Of a DNA stretch of 64,000 nt, positions 26,348 through 39,100 are shown piece by piece; the first letter of the stretch is position 1, and the number at the start of each line of letters is the position of its first letter. This stretch comes from Takakia lepidozioides. Lineage: Eukaryota > Plantae > Bryophyta. Both the position numbers and the translations under genes were made by a program. The notes beneath the pieces are model-generated. The model searched no databases, was not told the DNA's origin, and was given only the letters and a program-made list of their open reading frames with translations. Location: NCBI GenBank assembly GCA_030704615.1, contig CM060731.1, positions 54,746,001 to 54,810,000 of the forward strand, written 5' to 3'.

Positions 26348-29300
26348 CTAAGAGAGCTGCCACTCCTCCGGGAAGTTGTCATTCCATTGTACCCTCAATT
26401 CTGATAATCTGGAGCAGATCTTTCCTCATTTGCCCCAAGATTGATCAAACTCTTGGAGGAGTTTTTTGCGCCTCCTCTCCCCACATCTGGAAAGAGCTGA
26501 TCCCAACACACCCCAAGCTTTCCGAGCCTCAGTCATGATGTCTGAGTGAGTCATAAACAGTACAGACCTTACTGAGAACGGCTTACCCGAAAAAATCAGA
26601 TCACATCTGGCCTTCCACACGTACCACAAAGTGTGAGCACTCAGGGCAGCCCATACCGGACATTTGGACCACAAATGACCTCCCTGAACAAAGCAAAACA
26701 GCTATATCATTCCGAGGGCTCCATAGAGCGTAGAAAGTAGTCACATAATGCCAAGCATGGCTGGCCCTCGGGCAAGAAACAAAGCAATGCTCCAGGGATT
26801 CTATATCCCCCAACGAGCAAGAGGCGCAGACTGGGGAAGAGTCAGGAAAGCAAGTTTTGAGAGGAAAGATCCGATTCACTAATTTCCAAAGGAATACTGA
26901 AACTTTGGCTGCACGGTCTTTACGCCAAACATCTTTCCAAACACATTTCCAGGAAGATGGGCAGGATTGCAGGTGTCTCCACTTCGCTGTCCATTTAAGA
27001 TCCATGGAAACCATCGGATTTAGCATAGAGTAACCCAGTTTTATAAGCAAAAAAAGGAGAACTAAGCATATCCTTCCACCTCCACTCCCCGGGGTCGAAT
27101 TGTAACAAGGCCAACAGGAAGAACGGATTTGTATGACAGCCATTATCAGCGGTAGGATTCGCAACACCTGTGGCCAAGCAAATGACCGGAATTGCAAAGC
27201 AAGCATCCTCTGAGACCAGGGCAGGTCTTGGAGAGTGAAGAATGCCAGAGTCCAAAACCCGGAAACACCAACCAGATAACCTGGAATCAGAACGGGATAA
27301 TGCAAAGAAGGCTGTTTTAGAAGAACCGTTTTCAAAGGATAACCAGGCTTGGAGACCCCTTTTGTTGGCCAGGAATGATGCCAGAGAAACCCAAGCAGAT
27401 GGGAGATTTGCAGTCACTACATCCCATCCAGCTCTGATTCTTCTACGAGAGAGGGAGTCTTCAGCCACCTCTGCATGGATAAGAGATCCATTTTCCCATA
27501 AATGGAAAAAACTAGAGATACCCGCCGCATCCCAAGCAGCCCACCTGGCAGAGCACTTAAGCAATGTCTCTGACTCGTGATTGCATTCCCAAACAGCGGT
27601 TGTTTGAGCACTTCCTCTGTAATGGTAGATTTGGATTGCGTAACATGACCCCTCACAGTGAACCAAGCCTGCCATATTGATCTCCAAGCTTGTGAGCCCG
27701 AAAGAGGCATGGAGTTTGAGGAGCCTCCCTGCACAACCCATCTCAGGGAAGGAGGCCAAATTGAGGAACGAGTAGGACGAGCCTTGAGGAGATGATGCCG
27801 AACCAGGAGACTCCAAGGTGATAGAGAATGAGTGAACACCATTGGGATCCACTTGGCTAGAAGGGCCGCGATCTGTGATTTAGGGTCTATAATACCAAGG
27901 CCACCATTACTCTTTTTTTGGGTCAACTACTTCCAACTCACATGCCCCAAATGAAGTTCCACATCATAGCTTTCATCTTTTTGATGAAGGCCTCTCCTGG
28001 CGACCAAACTGAAGAGCCAAACCAGCTAGAAGCCAACACAACTTGGTTAACAATAGTAGCTTTGCCCACTATAGAGAGGTGCACCGAGCACCAGTAGGCG
28101 AGCTTCTTCTTGAGGCTTGCAAGGATACCTTCAGCATGCAGAGCGTCAGAAAGGTCATGCCCAACCAAATGACCCAAGAGAACATGCGATTGGCCTTCCT
28201 GCAGCCAAGAAAGACCGAGGGCTTCCTCCCAAGGGGCTGTATGGGCAGCCACCGTGGAGTCCTTTATCTTGGATAAAATCCCTTTAGACTTACTCCAGTT
28301 TATATTCAGACTAGAAGCAGCACAGAATTGCGACAAAGCAAGCAGGGCCCGATCCACATTAGCCATAGTGTTGTTATCAATTAACAAGAAAGTATCATCA
28401 GCATATAGCGAGGATTTTATATTATTATTTGGGATAGATGGGTGCTGGATTTTAAGCCCCACCACATCTGGCCTGTTGTGTAGGAGATGGCTGAGTCCAT
28501 CTGCAGCAATAATAAACAGAAAGGGAGATAGTGGGCACCCTTGTCTCACCGACCGGAAAAGAGGGAAGGACCTTGAGATGGATCCATTGACCAACACCTT
28601 ACTAGATGCTGATTGAAGAAGAATGGTAATCCATTTGAGGAAGTTGTCCGTTATACCACAATTTTTGAATCGCCCCCAGCAGATAGGAACACTCAATATT
28701 ATCAAAGGCTTTCTCGAAATCCAGCATTAGCATTGCTAATGGCTGGTTAGCTTCGAAGTGAAGAGCTTCTTGAGCAAGCAAGATTTTATCCAATATCATA
28801 CGGTCCTTTAAGGACCCTGTATGCTCAGGTTTGATGAGCTTGTATAGAAGCGGTTGAATCCTTAGGGCCAAGGCCTTAGCTATAATTTTGTAGACTGTAT
28901 TTAGCAAGGTTATCGGTCTATAGTTGGAGATGGAATCACGGTCCCCCTTTTTGTGTATAAGAGTAATCACCCCTTGGCTAATCTGAGAAGGCATAATGCC
29001 TTTGAGAAGAATGTCTTCAGCAAAAGCTGTAAAATCATCCCCACACACTGACCAGATTGTCTGGAAAAGCTCCACTGGTAACCCATCTAACCCCGACGAT
29101 TTATACGAGGCAAGCTTTGACAACGCATCTGACAGCTCGTTTGATGTGAAAAGGGCAGACAGTCTCACCAGCTCTGATTCAGACACAATTGGAATGTAAG
29201 AAGAAAGCACAGAGCTTCGGGAAGCCAGATCCTGCGGAGATGCAGTACGTGCTCCAAACAGGGTAGTGAAATGCGAGGCAGCCAGGGAGGACATCTGCTT

Positions 29301-30534
29301 TGGGTTGGAGACCGGCAACCCCTAGGCATTATTCAGGGATGCAATGGATGTAGCATCACGGCATTGCTTAGCTTTAAGAAAAAAGTATCTTGACATCTTC
29401 TCACCCTTCATAGACCAATTGATGCCTGCCTTCCTTCTCATGTTCTCCTCCTTTGCATGAAGCAACTCTGCCAAGTTCTTTTTGGCTAAGTGAAAAGAGT
29501 CCCAGGTCCGGTTGTAGACCCATCCCGACTCAATCACTTTCTGACACTGAGCAAGGCATTTGGTGAGAGCCTTTTCTTGCCTATTCCTGCCCGAGATTTC
29601 CTGCCCCACTCTTTTAACAACTTCCATTTTCTTCAAGAATTTCATCGTAGGGGAGGTGAAACCCAATCCAGCTGAAAGCCAGGTCGATTTTATCAGGTCC
29701 AGGTACTGGGGGATAGCCAAGATGGAGGGGTTCAGCTTAAAGAAACCTTGCCCCTTGGAATGAGCACTTGGCAAGGAGAAGGAAGCACTAATCGTTGCAT
29801 GATCAAACCCTGGTAGAATGGGCCCTAAAGCTGCAGGCTTTGCCCAAAACAAGGGAGTGGGAGAGCAGTAAATTCGATCTAGGCGGGCGGGCCATGCAGA
29901 GGTCTGGGGGTTTTCGGTTGTTTGACCAAATACAACGTAAACCATCTTTGAAGGAGGTGAAAGGCTCAGACAGACCCACCGCAAAGCAAAGAAAATCCCA
30001 AGCCTCTAACTCTTCAAGAGACAACGAGTATGAAGTTGTTCCAAACCGATCCTCTATACACTCCACCATGTTCATGTCACCAGCGAAAATCCAATGAACA
30101 ACATCAGGACAATCCAAGATTTTAAGTCTCAGAAAAGGCCAGAATTCAATTCTTTCATCAACGGAATTGGGAGCATAAATGTTCACAAAAGCGCACCCTC
30201 GAAGGGCTGAAATGGAAGAAGCAAAAGCAACCTGAATTCTCCCTTGCATCCAAGATTCAACCCTAGTGAATTATGAAATCAAAGCTGGTGAAATCAGAAT
30301 AGCATTTCCACCTCTAGAGTCTGCTATCGAAGGGTTCCACCAGGCAGCATTGCTAGGCCATAAAGCATTGCCTAATGCCTGGATTTTCACTGCATTTAGT
30401 TTGTGCTCTTGTAAAAAGATGATCTGATTAGAGTTCGTAGAGGTGGCCGCCCACTGTTGAAGACGGCGGCGTTTAGGCAAAGAGGCTCCAGATCCAATGC
30501 CTCTGATATTCCACGAGGTAAGGCCAAAATTCAT
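26348..30534 (-). pseudogene. LINE ORF2 (AP endonuclease - reverse transcriptase - zf-RVT) with several stops and frameshifts
   Basis: MNFGLTSWNIRG, FLQEHK, NIYAPN, AGDMN, ARLDRIY, FDH (APE); NYRPITLLNTVYKI, LDFEKAFD, RQGCPLSPFLF, LYADD (RT); CASC..ESLEHCFVSC, LWYVWKARC (C-terminal). Confidence 0.9.
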
Positions 30535-30682
30535 GGAGGAAAAGCTTGCAAGCCCATGGCAAAACCACGAATTGATGGCTTGGAGAAAACTGGGAGGACA
30601 GGAAGATCTTTGAGGATGGGCAAATGTGGCAATTCTCTTAAGGACAAGGCTTGAGATGGATGCTCCGAGCAGTAGGTGTAGG

Positions 30683-32306
30683 TCAGACCCCCCTCCAGAC
30701 AGCACATCGAAACACCTGGGGTGAACTGGAACCTCCATTGCACCACGACTCATGACTGAGACAAATGGACAGGCCTCCCCAAGAGAAGAACTCAACAGAG
30801 TAACTGGAAAGCAAGAAAGGAAAGAACTGAATGGAGAAGTCAAGCACCACATCTCTAGGAGAACAGGGTGGAGGGCAGAATCTCCGAGAGAAAGCGTAGA
30901 ACCATTGCAAAAATCCACCATAACCAACGGTCAAGCTGAAAAACAGCAGGGCAGATTGTTTAAGACTCACCGGTGGAGGTGATGGGATCAGCAAATCAAC
31001 ATGAGCCATTGCTCCCTCCCCCTTCTCACCCTCCTTTGCATTGAAGACCACCAAACCATTGCTAGATCTAGGGACATCCTCAGCTGAGGCCATAACTTTG
31101 ACAATCTCTGTCGCCATAAGGAGCTTCCTCCCTGCCGAGTAAATTTCATACAACCAAGAGAGCTTTCCTAATCCTGCAGCCTGAGCACACACATCAGCAA
31201 GGCTCATGACTGGAAGAACCTGTAAAGAGTAAGGGAAGGTGGATGAGTTTTCCTTACATAAATAGGTCCCAAAGAAGAGGGCAGTCTCAGCCGAGAAGAA
31301 AAACAGAGGAAGACGGGAAGAAAAAAGATCATTCACCTTAGATTCCATCAAGTTGAGTTCCTGGGAAGGCAGTAACTTACTGACATCCGAATCCGATAAC
31401 CAGGAACTGATGAAAGTATCAAGCCCTGAAAGCAAGATTGCAGGCTTGCCATCCGGTAAACCATAAATGATAGGGGTCACTCTGATGTTAACCAACAAGT
31501 AACCACCATAAGGCAAGACATCCGATAGAGACACGTCAGACAGAGCGAGATCATCAAAAGACTTTAATTGAGAGAGACAGAAGGAAGCCAAATTGAGAGT
31601 CTCATCTCCTCCCAAACTGAAAACAGCCAGAGATGAAGGGCGGAATGAAGAGGAAGCTGGGGAATTAGCAGGCAGAAGGTAGATCCTTGGACTTATGGAA
31701 GGAGAGCATGTAATAGAGTCACGAAAACGCTTGGCAGGGGGCTGCTCAAGCGGCAATGAGTCCATCCTTTTTCTAATCAACGAGGAAGGGGGACAATACC
31801 GCGTCGCATTGAAGTCCCTTTAGTGGCTGCAACGGGATTGGGAGGAAAAAACTCAGCAGCCTTACCTGGAAGGTCTGGGCAATCTGCCTTAACATGACCC
31901 TCACAATGACAATGGTGACAAATAATGGAAAGAATTTCTTCTTGAATTACCACCGATATAAAAGAGCCATCTAAGGATGGGAGCTTGATGGTCCTCGGGA
32001 TCCGAGCCTTCTCCGGCATTAAAACCACCAGCCTGGGAATCCTGCTGTCTCTATGACCGCCAAAAGAGCTCCCATCATGATCCACACTGTGAGCCTCGGG
32101 GAAAAAGTGATCGTTCGGTAAAATGGAGCCAATGAAAGCACCAAAATGTGCTCCGATCTCTGGCAATGAACGCAGATAATTACCCGGGAGAAACGGAAGT
32201 GCTATGATCCGTGGCTTACATGTGGCCCCCCCTTTGTGACCCCAATCTGGGGACCATGGAAACAAAATCACTCTGTACCTCTATTTTGGAGTATTGAACT
32301 TTAGGG
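30683..32306 (-). pseudogene. LINE ORF1, 3' part (VILFPWSPDW, CCHC zinc knuckle), frameshifted
   Basis: ORFs 31777-32271 and 30683-31780; CX2CX4HX4C knuckle; sits directly upstream of ORF2. Confidence 0.72.
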
Positions 32307-32657
32307 TGTCAAGTTAAATAAACACAGTGTGAAACTAACTAGAATAAATCTAGTTATTTGTATTTAACACTTGGATTTAGTTCAAGTGTTAAGTCAGGTG
32401 TCAAGTTTAGTTTGACACCTGAACCATCTTATGTTCACGAGAGCGTCAGTCGCGCAGCTCATCTCTCTCGAGTTGAGCCTGCACGACCGATCTCCTTCAC
32501 CATGTAGAATCTGAGTGTGCTTATGAAGGGAGAATAGGTTGTTGTGGGGTGGAGTCCCCATAGCTTGGGGTGCCCCTGGCTCGACTACTATGCTAAAGAG
32601 TGATGGTGTTGGTTTTCATGTTTCTTGTGTCAACAGTGTGTTTTTAGTTTTCAATCA
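32307..32657 (+). repeat. Terminal direct repeat A1 (351 bp, LTR-like, TG...CA)
   Basis: Matches 42655-43005 except T32491/G42839 (by eye). Contains three tandem stem-loops at 32336-32422. Confidence 0.92.
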
Positions 32658-33182
32658 CTCGAGAGAGATGAGCTTGCATCTGTGAGTGCCAGAGGTGAGT
32701 TTAGTTTTAGCACTTGTGGTTTTTGTTTTGAAAATGAGAGAGACGGGGGCTCTGTGTTGGTTAAACTTGAGCTGCAGGTTTCTCTGGTAGATTCTAGCCT
32801 TGTGATTGATCATCAACTTGTCGTTGGTTTTCCTGTGCCTGCTCCTAGTTTGCATGTGATCGAAGGCCTTCCTATATCTGAGGCACCAGTGGTAGCAAAT
32901 CCTTCGTTGGTCTCGGATGTGCCTACAGTTACAAGTGCTCGGGCTACTTCATCAAGCTTGGATTACGTTGACCTTCTTAGGGCTGAAGAGGCCTTCACAG
33001 AACGAGCATTGTACTTGGCACGCAACTCGCCCCGCTTGGGCGATACTGGCCAGAGGGAAGCGGAGGTGCTTCTTTGAAGTTCTTTGAAGGGGCATAAAGT
33101 GAAGTTTTTGTGTTTTGGCGCTCCTATTCTGGCGCTGGAGCCTCTCAATCTGGCACATTGTGGGTGCTTGTTTTGTGTGTAG

Positions 33183-33408
33183 AGGTGGGCTGGACCTGCT
33201 GTTTGGGTCTAAGAAGAAACACGAGGTTGATGTGAGCCCCACCAATGGCCACGCCAAGTTGACAGTTGGACTGCTGCTGGTTTGGATTCGTGACAATCTG
33301 CTCAAGGAGAGGCCAGGTGTGCTAGTATTGATCAACGACTGTGACTGGGAACTTTGTGGGTGTCTTGAGGCCATCTTGGAAGACAAGGACAGTGTGACAT
33401 TCATTTCC
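33183..33408 (+). pseudogene. URM1: Ubiquitin-related modifier 1 (URM1) gene fragment
   Basis: [62 protein letters not shown] is URM1-like. It begins after an intron-like tgtgtag, lacks the first exon, the segment between the two RP dipeptides, and the C-terminal TLHGG. Confidence 0.85.
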
Positions 33409-33524
33409 AGGTGACGGACGTGAGAGAGGAGCGGCCGGGCGGGGACCTCGGGGTCATCAAATGGAATGAAATGTCGAGCAAGTGCTCTCACCCCGAGCGG
33501 TGCCCGTGACTGACCATACACGGA

Positions 33525-34077
33525 CTATCTTGGAGATTGGTCCATTAATGCAACCAGAGTCTGAAGTTTTGAATCCTCATGAGGCACCCAATCATATCAC
33601 ACAAAAAGCAGTCGAAGAGCGGGATCCGTGCATGCACTGGCTGAACAGACAAGCTCCTTCAGTTCTTTTCATTTGTTTTGGGACCCTTGCCACCATTCAG
33701 CACCACAAATCCTGGAGCTGGCACAGGGACTCGAAGCCAGCAAGCAACCTTTCTTATGGATAATGCAGACGCCAAACGCCGCTACTACATCTCCTTCATT
33801 GATAGCACCGTCCATCACAGAACTCCTCCCTTCAGGTTTTGATGAATGCACACAAGAACGTGGGTTATGTTTCTCTGGATGGGCTCCTCAGTCGCGTATT
33901 CTGTCCCATGCAGCCACTGGTGCTTTCTTGACCCATTGTGGATGGAACTCTGTCCTGGAGGGTCTTAGGGCAGGCATCCCCCTCCTTACTTGGCCAATTC
34001 AGGCAGAACAAATGCTAAACGCCAGAGTAGTGCTGGATCAGAAGGTGGCTATAGAGATGCCAATTAGACCAATTTGA
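33525..34077 (+). pseudogene. Family-1 UDP-glycosyltransferase C-terminal fragment with PSPG box, frameshifted
   Basis: EIGPLM..CMHWLNRQAPSVLFICFGT / QILELAQGLEASKQPFLW..WAPQSRILSHAATGAFLTHCGWNSVLEGLRAGIPLLTWPIQAEQ. No N-terminal half. Frameshift near 33700. Confidence 0.88.
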
Positions 34078-34822
34078 TGGAACTTCAAGCTAGTCTTGGC
34101 CTTGGATTTCATGCAAAGACAGTCACATTACAGCAGGCCACTATCAGTCCATAAGAAGAAGAAGAGATCATGTGACAAGACAAGTAGAAGATGCCAACAT
34201 CACAAAATTACGAACCGACACGTCCATTGTGTTGCAGGGTTCCAAGGTGTTGCAGGCAAACCCTTTCCCCTGATTACCATCCGTGCCGTGGCCAGGCAAC
34301 CCTCTGATATCAATCAGGTCCCATAGAACTGGCAATGACTGCTGTAGACCAGTCTACTCCTGATACTTGTGGTCCTCCATTCTCTGATTCCTCCTCAACC
34401 TTTCGCAGATTGGCACCTTTCAGGTTCAATTGACTCAAGGTATCTCCTCAACTTTTCACGTTGAGGTGTTCTGCATTGACTCCCAGTGCGCCATGAAAAC
34501 TGCGTCCAAGGAATTCTTAGGGAACCTGCAATGAATCGCAAAAAACGTGGGAACAGTTTTTAATGGCGAGAACGTTTTGGTGTTAAAAAATTAATATAAA
34601 TTTAAAAAAATTATACAAAAAACCCCTCTTTGTTCTAATTTAAATGATTTAGAGCCTAATTGGTCATATCTTTGTCATATGAGCTCCGTTTGACACAGTT
34701 TTTGAGGGGATAGCTGTAAAAAGAGGAAATCTACCTACCTATCTACCTACCTATCTAAAAATCTATGGAATTTTTTGAGTGTGAGTGTGCTATGAAATAT
34801 CCACAATTCTGTTTCTAGAACC

Positions 34823-36084
34823 TGTTGTGGTCTACATGAGAGACAAATCTATGGATGTCCTCCTTGTATGGTTGGGGGAAAGGAGGACGTAATTGAAGGG
34901 CAGGTCTCTTCTCTTAGCCTGTGCACACAAGGGGACAAGATTTATGTTTCTCAAGGGACTCAGACTGACATGAGTGGAGAGCAGTTGGACGAGTTGATTG
35001 CATACTGGGAGTCAGGCATTAGCAGTAGACAACACACTGCTGTAGTTGGCATTGAGGGCCTCAATATTGCTTTGGACAATCAGAACTTTGTTGGAGCCAG
35101 CAGTTCTGCAGCTGTAGGTGAAATACCAAAGTGGGTGAAAGCTAGGCTTGGAACATAGCCAAAGATAGCCCCGGGGACCAAGGTGTTTAGCCACAAGGCC
35201 GTGGTGTACTGGAGCAGAGGAGTAGGAGCTACACAAGTTTGTGCAATCAGACATGATTGCAGCCGGACACGTTCTACACGGGGCAACCACGAGCGGGGGT
35301 TCATTAACAATGAAAAGTTTGTTCTGCTTGAAGGAGATGCAGTTATTCGCAATGAGGACACCCGCAACCGTCTCAAAGCTTTCGAGTTGAGAGACTGTCA
35401 GACCCTACCTTTATTTTCTTTAGTGTTCAGTGAGCGGGAGATAGGGGAGTATTGCTTTGTCTCTACCTGGCAGAAAGAGAAGGAGGGTTGGTTAGAGCGA
35501 GCTATTGTAGCTTGGGACAAGGTTAGTGGCAGGTTTTTGGACATAGATATACCTCCTACACCTTACCATCATGCAGAGCGAGGCACTTTGAGAGAAATCT
35601 GGCAGTTGATAGCATAGATCAGGATTAGATCTTGCTTGGTCGGGCTTCTATTCTTCCCCTCCTCTCTTTACTATTTTCATTACTTTGTACTTGTAGTTGC
35701 CAAAGCCTCTCTTGGTGGAGGCCAGTCAGTCCGGGGTTTTGGGCTGGGTTATTCTGCAGGATCAGCATTGCAGATGGATTTTGGTGTGGGGGTGTTGATG
35801 TTTTGATTTCTTGTGTTTGGATCCCCCCCAACACCTGCATGCTTGACTGTGCGCCATGTTGGTTTTGTGTAGGCGCTTGCTTTCATAGGGATTAAGCCGA
35901 ATTTGATCACCGGTCAATCCTAGAGTATGCTGTCGGTGGTGAGGCTGGAGTGATGACCAGCAAGACCACCAGTGTTTCTTCTATGGTGAGACTGGGTTAA
36001 TGACCAGCCAACCATAGGAGTTCTTGCGGTGGATGCAGGTGCAGATGCCCTGAGCCACTGGGATATGACCCTTAAACTGCAACA
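34823..36084 (+). repeat. Candidate 5' LTR of the Gypsy-DNMT element (TGTTG...CAACA), followed by a PBS-like GGTGCCCACCCGTG
   Basis: 5-bp inverted termini, abrupt compositional change at 34823, and position just upstream of gag. No second copy in the window to confirm it. Confidence 0.45.
34868..35617 (+). pseudogene. Unknown ~250-codon ORF upstream of gag, broken by one in-frame TAG (35156-35158)
   Basis: ORFs 34868-35158 and 35183-35617 are in the same frame. No domain recognised. Confidence 0.4.
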
Positions 36085-36196
36085 GGTGCCCACCCGTGTC
36101 ACTATTAGAATTAGTACTAGAGCCTTATAGTGTCACGTGGGGGAGGTGCACATTGTGAGTGTCATCACGGAGTTACCCAAGGGTTTTGAGGGGAGT

Positions 36197-39100
36197 ATGG
36201 CTACAGGTAGTAACAGTGAGAGTGGGTTCACAAGACGAGGTATTCGGTTCAGACCACCTTCACCTCCACCCTCAACTAGTGCAGAGTCAGACATAGACTC
36301 GGAGGCTTCATCAACAGGTGTGCAGTTTCATTCGCCATTGTTGTGGGACGACATGGAGGAGATGTATAGAGCTACCAAGGGGCCTCGTAGGTACTCTGGA
36401 GCTGTGGGCACAATTGAGGTGGATGACTTTATCTAGGAGTTCGACAGCTGGTGTGATTTGCAGCAGATGCGCAATCCACAGCTGTTCACCCCATTCATGG
36501 CGTGGAAGGGACTGTTCCAGCATTTGGAAGGCCCGCCTATGGACAATTACCACGAGTTCAGGCGAGGACATGAAGCAGAGATTGAAGAGTGGAGCATGTA
36601 TTGGTCACCTGACTATGTCTCCATTACTCGAGACGCGACCGGTAGCTGCATCAGCACCAATATCTCCCACTGCCAGCACTAGAAGTGGAACAAGTAGTGT
36701 CGGTACTTCTGCAGGTGGTACCAGTTCAAAAGGTGCTACTACTACTCCTGCCACAACTACAACACATGTGCCTAGATTCAACCCGGTGGTGGAGTTCTTC
36801 CAGGAGTTGCGGAGGAACTACCAAGGTGTACGGACAGAGAAGCTGCGAAGTTTGCACCAGCGCAAACCCAGTGAGAGCCTGCGAGAGGCATACACTCATA
36901 TGAGGCGCTTGATAAGTGTGACCCAAGGGGTTACTAAAGCTCAGGCAATCCAGTTCTGGTATGGAATTTTGGACAAGGAGATCAGGAGAAGGGTGCGGGA
37001 TGCAACCCTGTTACAAGCAGCCCAACCCACGTTAGCAGATGTATTTTTGCTGGCTGAGCGGATTGAGCTCAACATGGTGGAGGAGCAAGTTGTTACCATT
37101 GGATTTGGCAAAGACATGCCTACACGAGGCGCAGCTGCCAGCCCACAGGCACAAGGGACTGCCCAACAGCGTGGTCAGGGGGGCAAGGTTTCCCAACCCA
37201 AATTTCATGGAGCTTACAGGGACCTCAGGTGCAGAGGCCATAGCTTCTTTTGCAAGCCAACAGCAACCAGGGGTGATATGTTGGACATGTGGAGGACCCC
37301 ATGTCAAGAGAGATTGCCCAGAGAGTGGCAAAAGGCCGGCACAAACACAGCCTGCACAGTTGCAGTGTGGGCATTGTGGCAAGTATGGGCATGGAGATGC
37401 CCAGTGTTATGACTTGCATCCTGAGTTGCGCCCAGGCCAGTTCCAAGGGAACAATGGTGGCGGGGGGGGGAGGTGGACCAGCCCAGAGAGGACGAGGTGG
37501 CCGGGCACGCGGTGCAGGCAAGGGCAAGCTCAACATGGCCAAGGACGCGGAGGTCAGGGTGTTGACCAAGGCATGGCCAACGGCTTCAGCAGCTAGAGCA
37601 GAGGGTCGCTGCCATGGCTACAGCTCAAGTGGTACCGGCTCCCAGGCGGGATGGTCCACCTCCTGCTCCTGAGAGAGGAGATATGGGAGGCATGGGATTC
37701 ATGTGCGGAGCAGCACTACCACTAGAGCAAGTGGAGTCTGCTGCAGCCGTGACTCGAGGAGCAGCACGAGTTCCTGAGCCACGAGGTGCAGAGGTGGAGT
37801 TGGATCCACAGCGTGGGGAGGCAAGCCGTTAGGCGAGGCTTCCTCAGTCATTCACATTGGCGGAGACAGTGTCGACGCCATCCATGGCACCTAGTTCTCG
37901 CCCGACTGTTACCGAGGCGGAGGTTACTATGCCATTGGGGAGAGCTACACGTGCATCACTGACACCTGCTACCAAGGCTAGTGCAGCCGGTGTGTTATTG
38001 GGGGCAGCCACCTCTGTGTGTCAAGCCCCACTGTTTTTGGCAACCATGATTGCGACGTCGGGGGTAAGACCAGCTGCAGTGTTCAGACTAGCAGCAACAC
38101 TCTGTGAGAGTGGGGAAGTCACTTCATCTTCTGCGGAGTTACTAGAAGGTGTAGTGGTAGAGGGATCCTCGGATTTGAGGGTCAAGACTGCCACGGCTGC
38201 GCCATGGCAAGTTGCAGCTGCCAGGTTGACGGAGCTGCCAGCTAGGCCAGCCTTTGAGCGCGCCATGGTGACACCTGGAGTTGTCTTGTTAGACAACCAG
38301 GATGACATTTTCTCTTTGAGTGGACCGGCAGGCAAGAAGTACCGGCCACTGCGGGTCTTGTTGGACTCGGGAGCTCAGCCACTGATGTTGGGTAGAGCTG
38401 CTATTGCAGGTTTGGGCCTCATGGAGGCAGATATGGAGCATTGTCCTTTCCAGATACAGACATCTCTGGGAGGATCAGAGCAGGCTCGGGGCATGACACG
38501 GCATGAGTTGGCCATTAGATTGCAGCCGGATCATCCTATAGATGGCTCAGTGATGCGAGCCAAAGCCATTGTGACAGACGCGGTCTCTTACGATGTCCTC
38601 GTTGGTGGAACAGTGTTATATCCCATGGGCTTCACCCTGGACTTTTGGGAGGAGTCAGCATCTATAGGCCTGGATGGCAGTCAGGGGATGGTCGTCATGC
38701 ACAGCTCCCTGTGACATTCATTGGGGGTATTGCGGCTGCCCAGCGGGGCAAGATGCCAACACTAGCCACCTTTACAGCTGCAGTTAGTTGGCCTGGAGAG
38801 TTGCTGGAAGGCAATGCCCATGCAGAGGATGTGTCACCTTCAGCAGAGCAGGATGACATGCATGGTACGGCGGAGTTGCCTGCCATGGTTGCTCACACTC
38901 CATTGTGGGGTACGAGCAAGGATTTGCAGCAGGCTGCTGATGGACGGGTGCAACAAGCCTGGGTAGAGGCCTTCGTACCGTCAGGAGAAGAGGAGAGTGG
39001 GTGATGCACTAGGACCACCTCAGTTGTGCCATTGGATACCACACCTCTTGTGTGGCAGTGCCCGGATGAAGGCATATGCCTTCTGGACTTGTTTGGCGGG

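Noticed and set aside
32300-32306. Telomere repeat TTTAGGG next to the insertion
   Set aside because: Single copy, and part of the LINE ORF1 coding sequence and target site.
34660-34760. Similarity to 58500-58580 (gtttgac..agttttt..ggggatagc..ctacc)
   Set aside because: Short and diverged; probably a dispersed repeat remnant, too weak to define an element.
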